Assembly: GCF_035594765.1 (NCBI RefSeq)
Contig: NC_085842.1
Location: 243,671,747-243,735,746, forward strand
DNA: 64,000 nt
Direction of reading: 5' to 3'
Source of the DNA: Anolis carolinensis
Taxonomy: Eukaryota
The position numbers and the translations under genes were made by a program. Below, piece by piece: positions 1-11,182 of this stretch; position 1 is the stretch's first letter, and the number at the start of each line of letters is the position of its first letter. Below the pieces are notes generated by a model. That model saw only the letters and a list, made by a program, of their open reading frames with translations, had not been told where the DNA came from and did no database searches.

Positions 1-567
1 AGGTAGTTTTACCTGGAAAACTGACCTGAGATTTAAGATATTTCAAGATTTTTTCCACCTGTTTGTCATTTGGATTCCACACTTTCAGTTAAAATTTTGA
101 AATAATTTAAAGGACATGTCAATTTTTTGCTCTTATAGCCATTCATGAGATTTGGGAGAGGAAAAAAAAAAGAAAGAAAGAAATGGTGAGACTCTGACAC
201 CATATCAGCTAAGAATGGAATAAAATGCTCTTGGTTAGGGGATTTTATTTGGATGACAAAATAAACTTGTTCTTACAGAAAGGGTGTGTCAAGGGCCTTA
301 GCAAGTCAAGGTCTTCATGTTCTCATTTGCATAACATTTTAGGAGCCATCTGAAAAGAGAATAAGCAAGGCATACATTCAGGTTTTACACTGATCTTTGA
401 CGAAAGATTACCAAGATTAAATAGCCTTGTAGTGAAAAGGTGAATGTATATATCAAAAGTAGTCCTTGGAAGACATCCAGCTGCATTTCCTTCTTAGCAA
501 AGGTCATACACATGCTGTTTTGCAATCTACCTATATGTTGAATAATTCATTTTGACTAGTTGTCCAA

Positions 568-788
568 GGGTCCATGAACACTGTAGAATTAATGCAGTTT
601 GACACCATTTGATCCATGTGCTCAGTGCTCCAGAGTGTTGGAATCTGTACTTTAGTGTGACACCAACACTCTGGCAAAGAATGCAGAGGATCTTATAAAA
701 CTACAACTCCCCTAATTTCATAGCATTGAACCATGGTATGAAAATAGTGTCAAACTACATTCATTCTACAGTGTAGTAGATCCATCCC
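568..788. mobile_element. Palindromic PIF/Harbinger-like MITE (acactgtagaattaatgcagtttgacacc family)
   Basis: Long inverted arms; further copies at ~12343-12500, 12908-13120, 14154-14368, 31124-31304, 49826-50029, 54704-54872, 58378-58660. Confidence 0.7.
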
Positions 789-1355
789 CGGGCTCTATTA
801 TTACATACGAATTGGGAAGAAGCAACACCAAATCATTGTGATAAGAAAACAATTCCCATTGAATTTGAGTACTGGTTTACTTGATAATGGATAGCATTGC
901 AGGTTTCCTTCACCTCTAAATTGGTGCTTATTAAAGATTTCTGTCAAACTCCTGGTTTTGGAGCAACTTTTGACATTATAGGAAACAGCAAAGCAGGAAG
1001 TACCTATGAGTCATATTTTTGTTTTTTGACATTTCAGCTATAACCTGCCAGGGCTTGTAGGTTGTCTTGGCCTCTGGAGCAAAGTCTCGTCTTCCTTTCC
1101 ACAAACTATGGCAGAGGTACTTAAGACAAAGCAAAGCATGATGGGGCAGTTCTCTGTTTGTCTGTAAAATATGAGTGGAATTCTGTTACGTAATTGAGAT
1201 GTTTTTGGAAGCAAAACCTGTTCCACTCTCTTCAACTTGAGCTTACATTACTCCTTCACTTTTTCGTCCCCCCCCCCCCCCCCGCTTAGTACCAATATGA
1301 GATGTGAGCCAGGAGAAGACTGCTTAAGGCAGACTTTCCAACATAGCAAATTAAG

Positions 1356-1606
1356 TCATGTCAGAAGCGAATTGAGTATATATTGCAAGTCGCTTCTGGT
1401 GTGAGAGAATCGGCCGTCTACAAAGACGTTGCCCAGGGGACACCCAGATGTGTTACCATCCTGTGGGAGGCTTCCCTCATGTCCCTGCATGGGAAGCTGG
1501 GGATGACAGACAGGAGCTCATCCCATCTTGTGGATTCGAACCACTGACCTTCAGGTCAGCAGTTCAGCCTGCACAAGGGTTTAACCCATTGTGCCACTGT
1601 GGCTCC
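1356..1606 (-). mobile_element. AnolisSINE2-type SINE (Vingi-like tail)
   Basis: Reverse complement of ggagcc...gggttaaacccttgtg...cccctgggcaacgtc...cacaccagaagcgacttgca. Confidence 0.85.
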
Positions 1607-2144
1607 TATACCAAGGTGAACTAGAGGTAAAGTCAATTTTGCTTTCATCTCCATTTTGATCTTTTTAAATGTAAAAATAGATCCATTCTGCTCTTTACAT
1701 GTGAACATATCTGGAACATTAAGTTGTGGTTTGATTGAGCCCTTTGCAGCAGGACTGTGCCTTAAAATCAAGCAGCGGCTTACGATTTGCTTTGAAGGGC
1801 TCATTAAACCATAAGTTGCCAATTTGGGCCGAACAGCAAATTTTAATTTTATTGTACCAGCAAAAATATTAAAGACGCTTGTGTGTAAAGAGGAACGACA
1901 TAAGCATAGTGTATATGCATGTCTCTCTAAATTCAACCAGTGTCAAAGTATTCTGTTTATCCAGGGAAATGTAGTGAATCTTTTCAGTTTCCAAGTCTTC
2001 CCTTCCTGCTATCACTGTCAGATCTTCTTAGATTTTAGCCAGGATTGCTCTACACTTTTGTATAATTCAGGTCTTTGATATAAATACCCTTCTGTCACAT
2101 TTTGCAGAAGTTTCCATTCTTACTCTGCTCTTATTCTTTCACAG

Positions 2145-2298
2145 TGGCCCAAAGCGTTACGACTGGACTGGGAAAAAATGGGTGTATTCTCACGATGGCA
2201 TGTCACTTCATGAACTACTGGCAAAGGAACTTTCATTTGCATTCAAAACCAAATTGGACTTATCAACTTTAGCATGTGCTGGACAAGAACATACTTGA
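2145..2298 (+). CDS. FXN: Frataxin, last coding exon (phase-2 start)
   Basis: Polypyrimidine acceptor ...ttattctttcacag|t, then [50 protein letters not shown] (TGA 2296-2298, followed by TAA). Matches the vertebrate frataxin C-terminus (human [30 protein letters not shown]...). Synteny with downstream TJP2. Confidence 0.97.
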
Positions 2299-3163
2299 TA
2301 ATATCTCAGAAATGTAAAGACTTTGAAATTTGTTCCATTGTCTGTTTCTCCATGTTTTGGATGTTGATTGAACTTGAATTTTTTTTTGAAACACTTGTTA
2401 AAGGTCAGTTTTATTAATGGGACGATATTGAAGTGTTTTTCCTCACAAGTTCCATTTTTTTCTTTGGTTTGTGATGTACATTTTTCCTCCTAACCTCTTG
2501 AGCTGGGAACTAGTATTAATAGTTAGCCTACTGTCTTTTTGAAGAACTAATCTCTAGTTGTATCAACTATTCTCCTTTAATTGGAGATTTAACTGAAAAA
2601 CCAAGCTTGATTTATGTAAACTGTGGAGATTATGATGATGAAAAACAATTTCTACAATATGAAAGTCTGCTTATAGAAGCTGTGTTTGTATTGGGATTGT
2701 CGACAAATGCAATGAGTACCATTTCTGCTGAACAGTTAAAACCTTGTGGTTAGGATACTATGAAGAGTAGGACTTTATTATTGTTGATTTTGGGTATTAC
2801 TAGACTAATAGGGAACCTCTTGAAAGAATGGTTCGATTAGCAGCTCATGGTTAATGCAACATTTTGATTTATTCAGTACAATGCTAAAATTATTTTATAC
2901 AAAACAGCCTGGCTTTAGAGCTCTCCTTTCATTCAAGATGGAGACTGATATCCGACAAATATTTGCTGCTAGAGAGAAAGGGAGCTACATAGAAGATTCT
3001 TAATGCCCCAGCATCCCCTTGACAACATTGCCTATTTTGTTCTGTTAGTACATGAGACTACACAGAGAAAGAAGAAAATAGCCTATACTATTCCACAAAT
3101 TCTTTCAACCTTCAGAAGCAGATTTTCGGGGGGGTGGGGGTGCAATGGATAAAGGATAGGTGC

Positions 3164-3478
3164 CACCAGGGGCACAGCGGGTTAAACCACTGAGCTGCTG
3201 AACTTGTTGACCAAAAGGTCGTAAGTTCAAATCCAGGGAGCAGGGTGAGCTCCTGCTGTTAGCCCCAGCTTCTACCAAACTAGCAGTTTGAAAACATGCA
3301 AATGTGAGTAGATCAATAGGTACTGCTCTGGCGGAAGGTAACGGTACTCCATGCAGTCATGCCGGCCACATTGCGTTGAAGCTGTCTACGGACAACACTT
3401 GCTCTTTGGCTTAGAAATGGAGATGAGCACCAACCTCCAGACACGACTAGACTGCATGTCAGGGGAAAACCTTTACCT
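3164..3478 (+). mobile_element. Sauria SINE
   Basis: tRNA-like head, gaaaacatgcaaatgtgagtagatcaataggtac core, acctttacctt tail; TSD taggtgc at 3157/3479. Confidence 0.9.
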
Positions 3479-3585
3479 TAGGTGCACTAACTTCTGTGCC
3501 CAGAAGCTTTTTCTGCTAGTACAAAGCATACACCTAAACATCCAACAATGGGCAGAAAAAACATATAAAACCTAACCCGTATAAG

Positions 3586-3856
3586 GGAGCCCCCGATAAT
3601 GCAATGGGTTAAACCTTTGTGCCAGCAGGACTGCTGACTGACAGATCGGCGATTCGAATCTGGGGAAAGTGCAGATGAGCTCCTTCTGTCAGCTCCAGCT
3701 CCCTATCTGGGGACATGAGAGAAGCCTCCCACAAGGATGGTAAGCATCAAAACATATAGGCATCCCCTGGGCAACATCCTTGCAGATGGCCAATTCTCTC
3801 ACATCAGAAGCGACTTGCAGTTTCTCAAGTCACTCCTGATACAAAAAAAAAAAAAA
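3586..3856 (+). mobile_element. AnolisSINE2-type SINE
   Basis: Full length with poly(A); TSD aaccc(g/a)t(a/g)taagg at 3574/3855. Confidence 0.88.
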
Positions 3857-4351
3857 CCCATGTAAGGTGTAGATCTCTGTACTTTATAAAATCTCAGGCC
3901 ATTTTCAGAAAATTTGACTCAACTATTGAAATTCCACTATTACCTAATTGTAATTTCCCCTGAAACTGAACAATATTGGCAGCAAGATACATGAGAAATC
4001 TAGTTCTGGAAGAGGTAAACTAAAAAGAAATCACTGCAACAGTTTCACATGAAATGTCTGTGATCATGATTGCGATAAACTATTTCACTGAAGAAAAATC
4101 TGATATATTTATGTATTAATATATGTGAATTTTAAGATTGTTGCCCTATTCATAGCAGAATAATTTTACTGGGGGACATTAAAATATTTTAATAATTTTT
4201 AATTATTAAAAACTTTCCATATCCTCCACCCATCCCCTAGGCTATATACTTCTTTTATATCTTTATCCAGGAGCAAAATTTTCTTAATTTCTATACAATA
4301 TTCAATTTGGCTTTGCTGCTTTTTAAACATTCTTTATAAACTATCAATTTA

Positions 4352-4667
4352 TGTTGTTGAAGGCTTTCATGGCTGGAATCACTAGGTTGCTGTGAATTTT
4401 CCAGGCTGTATAGCCATGTTCCAGAAGCATTCTCTCCTGATGTTTCACCTACATCTGTGGCAGGCATCCTCAGAGGTTGTGAGGTCTGTTGGAAACTAGG
4501 CAAGTGGGGTTGTCCAGGGTGGGAGAAAGAACTCTTGTCTGTTTGAGGCAAGTGTGAATATAGCAATTGGCCACTTTGATTAGCATTGAATAGCCTTGCA
4601 GCTTCAAAGCCAGACTGCTTCCTGCCTGGGGAAATCTTTTCTTTGGAGGTGTTAGCTAGCCCTGATT
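4352..4667 (-). mobile_element. Penelope-like (Poseidon-type) retroelement terminal fragment
   Basis: tgttgttgaaggctttcatggc...catcctcagaggttgtgagg...; same sequence as the terminus downstream of the GIY-YIG ORF at 8903. Confidence 0.9.
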
Positions 4668-5378
4668 TTAACTATTAAGAAAGTAGGTTTGCAGAAGTGT
4701 TCAGCTGAATGCTTGATCTATAGAGCATTTTCCTTTGCAAACTGATTTTCTGATCTTTGCCAGGGCTCTAATCATGTCTGGGCTTGTTTGATATTTAAAC
4801 TTCTCTCTGTGCAGTGCAAAGTTCAACAAAAATTCAAGATCCCTCCCACAACCTGTTACTGTGAAGCAAAGTAAAGTAGGGTCAAGATTAATACTCTTTT
4901 TTCTTTATTTCACTTTAGGAAAATCAGATCTTGAAGTTCTTCTACTATTTAAAATTAGGAAAGGCAAAAGAATGGCTTAAGGCACAGACTAATTTAGCTT
5001 TTAAAAACTACTCAGTCTGTATATCCAACTTTAAACAATGAAAACCTCTGCTATTTCTTCCCATCATTTCTCAAGACTTTTTAAAACATATGATCAAAGA
5101 CAATTGGGAAGCAACCATCTTTCTCTCAAAATCCAGTTGGAATTACCCACTTTAGAAGATCAGTGATGAGAATACACTATTTAAAATATATTTGCTGGTA
5201 TAGTTTATGAGAAGCAGAGATAGGCAGAAAGTTTATCAGCTTCTACTAATAGATCATCAATTATTTCTAGTACCGTAATTGTTTAACAAAAGCCTTAACA
5301 AAATGACATTTGTTCATGACCTGAACATGGCTGAAATTAAGAATCTCACATTTTTGTCTGGAAGAAGAGTGACTACTC

Positions 5379-5868
5379 TGTGGTCAAAGGCTTTCATGGC
5401 CAGAATGACTGGGTTGCTGTTAGTTTTCCGGGCTGTATGGCCATGTCCCAGAAAGAATTATCTCCTGATGTTTCGCCTGCATTTATGGCAGACATCCTCA
5501 GAGGTTGTGAAGTCTGTTGGACAATAAATAAAGAACAATACTCAAAACGGGAATTCCAGACAGGAAGTAATCAGGGCCAGCTAACACCTCCCATCAAAGG
5601 ATTTGCCTAGGCAGAAAGTAGCCAGGCTTTGAAGCTGAAAGTCCATTCAAAGCTAATCAAGGTGTCCAATTGCAACATTCACACTTGTGTCAAACAGACG
5701 AGAGTTCTTTCTCCCACCCTGGACATTCCACAGATATATAAACCCCACTTGACTAGTTATCAACAGACCTCACAACCTCTGAGAATGCCTGTCATAGATG
5801 TGGGCAAAACGTCAGGAGAGAATGCTTCTGGAACATGGCCATACAGCCCAGAAAACTCATAGCAACCC
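5379..5868. mobile_element. Penelope-like element, inverted two-arm insertion
   Basis: Minus arm 5379-~5521 and plus arm ~5523-5868; flanking duplication agtgac(t/c)act at 5368 and 5872. Confidence 0.9.
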
Positions 5869-6016
5869 GACAGTGACCACTGTTCAGATATGGTCTATGG
5901 ATTCTTCCAATACATGTTTGTGTTACCTAGTGGATTTTAGGGATCTAGTAAATAAAGAGGAAACAACAAACATGCTGTAAGTTTAAATTCGTAAGTTCCT
6001 GTCTTAAATGCAGAAA

Positions 6017-6220
6017 GTCAGTCTGATGCAATGGGTTTGATTGTTAGACTACAACTGGAGACCAGGGTTCAAATCCTTGCTCAGTTATGCATATCCTGGG
6101 TGACCTTGGATAACCTCAGAGGAAGGTAAAGGCAAAGTCCCTCTAAACAACTCTTGGAAAGAAAATGCACGACAGGATACCGTAAGTAAGAAATAACTTG
6201 GAAGGCACACAACAACAAGA
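6017..6220 (+). mobile_element. Old tRNA/CORE-like SINE with RTE-like tail
   Basis: ggagaccagggttcaaatcc B-box, gggtgaccttgg core, gaaggcacacaacaac tail; further copies at ~14635-14775(-), 15190-15362(-), 27710-27925(-), 36060-36280, 39963-40158, 48587-49457. Confidence 0.7.
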
Positions 6221-6672
6221 ATCTTAAAAAACGGTACCGTAACTAGTTAATCAGGATGTGCTTTCAGTCTCTTCACTTCCTATTATGCACCTTCAAGTCA
6301 TTTCTGACTTATGGGGACCTTAAGGCAAATCTATCTCAGTAGTTTCTTGGCAAGATTTGTTCAAAAGAGGTCTGACATTGCTTTTTTCTAAAGGTGGAAA
6401 GCTTAATTACCTAAAAATAGCACCACCTACACCTGAAAAGGAGCCACAAGGTGGCGGGAAATCTCAAAGTGTGTAATGTAAAACATTAGTGGAAGGAATA
6501 CAAAGAGCCTAAAACCTGAGTCTTTCCCATAGTCATGCAATGCTGACTTCCTGTTGAATAGAAAGCAACAAAACCAATGGGAAATGGAGTTTTCCTGTCA
6601 GATGGCATGACTGGCTTAATTCTTGATCAGAAGAATTCTATGCAGAAATGCTTTTTACAGCTCTTGTTTGCA

Positions 6673-7282
6673 TAGGTTGCTGTGAGTCTTTCAGGCTGTC
6701 TGGCCATGTTCCAGAAACTTTCTCTCCTGACGTTGTACCTACATCTATGGCAGGCATCCTCAGAGGTGTGAGGTATGTTGAAAACTAGGCAAGGGAGGTT
6801 TATATATCTATGTAAGGTCCAGGGTGGGAGAAAGAACTCTTGTCTGTTAGATGCAGGTATGGATGTTGTAATTAATCACCTTGATTAACTCTAAAATCAG
6901 GACAGTAAATAAAGAACAACACTCTGAAAACAGAGGAATTCCAGACATGAAGCAATCAGTGACAGCTAACACCTCCAAACAAAAGATTCTTCCAGACAGG
7001 AAGAAGCCAGGCCTTGAGGCCACAGGACCATCAAATGCTAATCAAGGTGATTAATTACAACATCCACACCTGCCTCCAACAGACAAGAGTTCTTTCTCCC
7101 ACCCTGGACCTTATACAGATATGTAAACCTCCCTTGCCTAGTTTCCAACAGACCTCACACCTCTGAGGATGCCTGCCACAGATGTGGGAGAAACGTCAGG
7201 AAAGAAAGTTTCTGGACCATGGCTATACAGCCCAAAAGACTCACAGCAACCTAGTGATTCCGACCATGAAAGCCTTCAACAA
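6673..7282. mobile_element. Penelope-like element, inverted two-arm insertion
   Basis: Minus arm 6673-~6888, plus arm ~6889-7282; flanks cttgtttg(c/t)a at 6663 and 7285. Confidence 0.9.
7160..7200 (+). ncRNA. Minimal hammerhead ribozyme motif (Penelope)
   Basis: cctCTGAGGAtgcctgccacagatgtgggaGAAACGTCagg; core intact, stem II closing pair mismatched. Confidence 0.6.
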
Positions 7283-7296
7283 TACTTGTTTGTATA

Positions 7297-7612
7297 GGTT
7301 AAAAAAAAAGGTTTTCCCTGACGTTAAGTCCAGTCGTGACCAACTCTGGGGGTTGGTGCTCATCTCCATTTCTAAGCCAAAGAGCCGGCGTTGTCCGTAG
7401 ACACCTCCAAGGTCATGGAGCGCAGTTACCTTCCCGCCAGAGTGGTACCTATTGATCTACTCACATTTGCATGTTTTCGAACTGCTAGGTTGGCAGGAGC
7501 TGGGGCTAACAGCGGGCGCTCATTCTGCTCCTGGGATTTGAACCAGGGACCTTTCGGTTTGCAAGTTCAGCAGCTCAGCGCTTTAACACACTGCACCACC
7601 ACCAGGGGCCCC
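7297..7612 (-). mobile_element. Sauria SINE
   Basis: Reverse complement of the 3164 element; perfect 14-bp TSD tacttgtttgtata at 7283 and 7613. Confidence 0.92.
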
Positions 7613-8259
7613 TACTTGTTTGTATACATCATTTTAAAATCAGCAATTAGAACTGGTGCTTTGAAGACTCGTTTTCTAGCTAACCTTTAAGATGTTAACC
7701 ATTTCCATGGTTCCCAGCTGCAGGAAGAAAGTTTCGTGTGATTCTATATCTGAAATGTTCAGTCATTTGAATAGAGGTGGAATTACAAATACAGGGAAGA
7801 ATTTGGGTAAATTGCATTGCCAATATCTTATTATTTATCTGTTTTCTTCCTCAATTTAAACAGAACTTGCTGCTCTCAGAGGAGAAATGTTGTAATGGTG
7901 ATGGGTTTGTACTTGTGTTACAAACACACAGACTATTGTGTCAAGTGGTGGGCAAAGACAATTAGAGGAAGTCTGTCCCGAGGAAATGGCAATCTTACTA
8001 AAACACAGAGGGGAAAGGGGAGGGGAAAATATTAGGCATAAATCATAGTGCACAAATTTTGCCCTTCCCAACACAGCAAATATTGTCTTTGGGCGGAGGA
8101 GTTTAAAATCATTTATTATCTCTCTAATGACAGTTGTATTTGTTTGTATTATATATCTCATCTTTCTCAAATGGCTGGCCTGCAAGTGGGCTTCTAACCT
8201 AATTTATGGGATGTCTTGTGCAAGATGGAGCAAGCCCGTTTTCTGCTGCTCCAGAAACT

Positions 8260-8510
8260 AGAACCCAATCCAGTAGATTCCAATTACAAGAAAAGAGATT
8301 TTATATAAACGTTAGGAAAATTCTATGTAAACATTAGGAAGAACTTCTTTATTTTAAGAGCTGTTTGACAACGGAGTAGACTGCATTGAAGAGTGGTGGC
8401 CGGTCCTTTGGAGATCTTTAAATAACAGTTGTATGAACATATTTCATAAATGCTATAGTTGTGTATACCTGCATGGCAATGGATTTAAGCAGTTCCAAGA
8501 TTCTATGATC
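8260..8510 (+). mobile_element. Old CR1 3' fragment
   Basis: caagaaaagagattt...aacattaggaagaacttc...attctatgat. Confidence 0.7.
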
Positions 8511-8902
8511 AGGAAAAACACAAACTGTGTGTAGATAAGTATTGTTTATATGTATATATCAACAAGGCCAAATAATTAAAGTAAAAAAATAAATAATTTA
8601 AACTTTATAAATGATGACAGGTAAAACTGGAATATTAAAAAGTCTTGTCCATCCATTGGAAATCCCTGTCTGTATTAGGCAGGCAGTTGCCTCAACAGAC
8701 ATGTCTTTTATTTCCAGCAAAAGCAAACCTAACTCCTTGGCAGAAGTTCCCTATTTGCTCATCCTAAGCACCTCTGTCTTTGGTCACCCTGACCCAGCCA
8801 TTGCTGACATTAGACTATGGTTTAAAACTAAAACAGCTTCTCCATCTTAAAATGGTAAAGAGAATAGATAAATAAATGCTAAGTTCAACATAGCATTTAG
8901 CT

Positions 8903-9562
8903 TTGCAGGCGTCTATCGTATACCAGGCAGCTGTGGACAAGTCTACATAGGGACCACCAAATGCAGCAATGCCCAAACACGAATCAAGGAACACGAAAGG
9001 CACTGCAGACTAATTCAGCCAGAGAAGTCCGCCATAGCACAGCACTTGAGGAACCAACCTGGACACAGCAGATTATCTGAGAACACAGAAATGCTGGGCC
9101 ACTCTTAACAACCACCATGTCGGACTACACAGAGAAGCAATTGAAATCCACAAGCATGCAGACAATTTCAGCAGGAGGAAACCATGAAAATGACCAAAAT
9201 CTGGCTGCCAGTATTTAAAAAAAAACTTTAAAATCAGGGCAGTAAATAAAGAACAACACCCAAAAAGCAGGGGAGTTCCAGACAAGAATCAATCAAAGCC
9301 AGCTAACACCTTTTAACAAAGGATTCCCCCAGACAGCAACCAGCCAGGCACTCAAGCTGCAAGGCCATTTGCAACATTCACACCTGCCTCTAGCAAACAA
9401 GAGTTCTTTTTCCCACTTTGGACATTCCACCGATATATAAACCTCACTTGCCTAGTTTCCAACAGATCCCTCCACCTCTGAGGATGCCTGCCATAGATGT
9501 GGGTGAAACGTCAGGAGAGAATGCTTCTGGAACATGGCCACACAACCCGGAAAACTCATAGT
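8903..9562 (+). mobile_element. Penelope-like element 3' part with decayed GIY-YIG endonuclease
   Basis: From 8905: AGVYRIPGSCGQVYIGTTKCSNAQTRIKEHERHCRLIQPEKSAIAQHL... (GVY...YIG motif), premature stop/frameshift, then the terminal repeat. Confidence 0.93.
9475..9515 (+). ncRNA. Minimal type I hammerhead ribozyme motif in Penelope terminus
   Basis: cct-CTGAGGA-t-gcctgc[catagat]gtgggt-GAAA-C-GTC-agg: intact CUGANGA/GAAA/GUC core, stem II, short stem I (cct/agg), palindromic ACGT stem III. Confidence 0.75.
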
Positions 9563-10454
9563 AATCCAAAGAGAATAAAGTTGGATGTTTTCACACTTAA
9601 ATATCTCAATATATTCTCCCAGCAGTTTCATTGTAAAAGATAAAAAATAGATTTCATGGATTACACCGTCTAGCAGCAAGTATAGGAAACCTTCAGTGCC
9701 AACTTCTCAAACCATCCCTCCAGAAAGGGCTGAAGCTAGCAAAGAATAATTAGCGGTATTCTAAATCCCGTTCTGAAGAAGCAGCCATGGTTGATGATTT
9801 TGAAACCTGCTGCGGTGACATCCACTTGAACCATTCCTCTTTCCAGTTCCTGGTTTAGGCCATTTGCCAATCCAACCATATGTGTCTTCACACTTAATCA
9901 AGCTTCTATCTAGATAATCTTCCCCCTCCAGAAAGGCTTAGAGTCAGAACAGTAGGATTCTGGTTCAGGGAGATAATTTTTTTACCAACTCTTTTTACTC
10001 TTTCCTTTTAAGTCACAGTGGAACTTCCCATGTTACAGAGATGCGTGTCTAATTTCTTTTTACTGAGTTGGCTGATTCCACCCTGTTCTCTTTCAAAGGC
10101 CAGAAAGATCAAGAATTCAGTGTAATAAAGCAGACCTCACATCTCCCAAGAATGCAGTCTATTTGGGTGGTGCAAAAAGAAAAGGTAGACATTATTGCTG
10201 GACAAACGAGGGCCAAGATTGCACTACTGGAACTGTAGCAATTACAGCATCAGGATCGATATGGAGCTTGGAGAACGTGTCTAGAAGACAAATTCAAGAG
10301 GGCTGTTGGATGATATTTCATCAGGAAAATAATCAAGCAGTCTTCTAGTTGGACTGCAACTCTCAGCAGCCTCAAACAATGAGGAATATTGGGAGATGCC
10401 ATCCAGTAACATTTAGTGATCTGTATGATTCCTATAGAGTCAAATACCCTAGAG

Positions 10455-10963
10455 CGGAGCTTTCCAAACTGTGTGTCGGGACACACTAGTGTGTCGCCTA
10501 TAGTCCCCAGGTGTGAAAAATGCTTACCCCCTGCTCCCACAAACAAAGGCTGCTGCTGTTCAAGTGTAGATACTGTTCTAAGTTTTATAAGTTGCACAAT
10601 TTGTTGATTAACTTGCAGTAAATGCCACTACAATTGATACGTTTCTAATTAAGGAAAGAAAAATCAGTTGACAGTAATGTTTGTGATGAACCACATGGAG
10701 TTGCTATAGAGGAAATTACACAAGAATCAACTATAGTGCATATTGTGTAAAGGAAAAACTTTCCACACCTTGTTTATATGGTAAAGATTATATGAATCTC
10801 ATATATATTATACATTATTTAATTTAATATAATATATATTGCATGAAACTCTGATAAGGGGTTGGCTTAACCTTCAGTTTTCTAGCAAAACTGAATTACT
10901 GTGTTGTGAAAGGATGCATGTCTAAAAAGTATGTCAACAACATAAAAAGTTTGGAAAGCTGTG
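10455..10963. mobile_element. Non-autonomous hAT element
   Basis: TIR agctttccaaact; perfect 8-bp TSD ccctagag at 10447/10964. Confidence 0.88.
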
Positions 10964-10971
10964 CCCTAGAG

Positions 10972-11182
10972 ATACCAGATCCCATGTGATCTTGGAAGTT
11001 TAATAGGGTCAGCTCTGGTTAGTACAGTACTTGAATAGAAGATCACCAATGAATACCAGGTTCTGTAGGCTGTATTTCAAAGGAAGAGCTGGCAAAAATC
11101 AAATCTGAGTATTCCTTGGTTAGGAAAACCCTATGAAATTTATGAGGTTGTCGTACATTGATGGGATTTGAAGCCACACACA
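10972..11182 (+). mobile_element. 5S rRNA-derived SINE (SINE3 type)
   Basis: Degenerate 5S head (gatcttggaag...ctggttagtac...gaataccagg..ctgtaggc) plus RTE-like 3' body. Confidence 0.7.

Noticed and set aside
139-185. 47-nt exon-like segment in the FXN intron
   Set aside because: Immediate in-frame TGA, low-complexity A-rich content, no similarity to FXN exon 4.
9660-10420. Protein-looking stretches and a 13-bp repeat (ccctccagaaagg)
   Set aside because: Frames examined are interrupted by stops and no family is recognised; insufficient to call a pseudogene.
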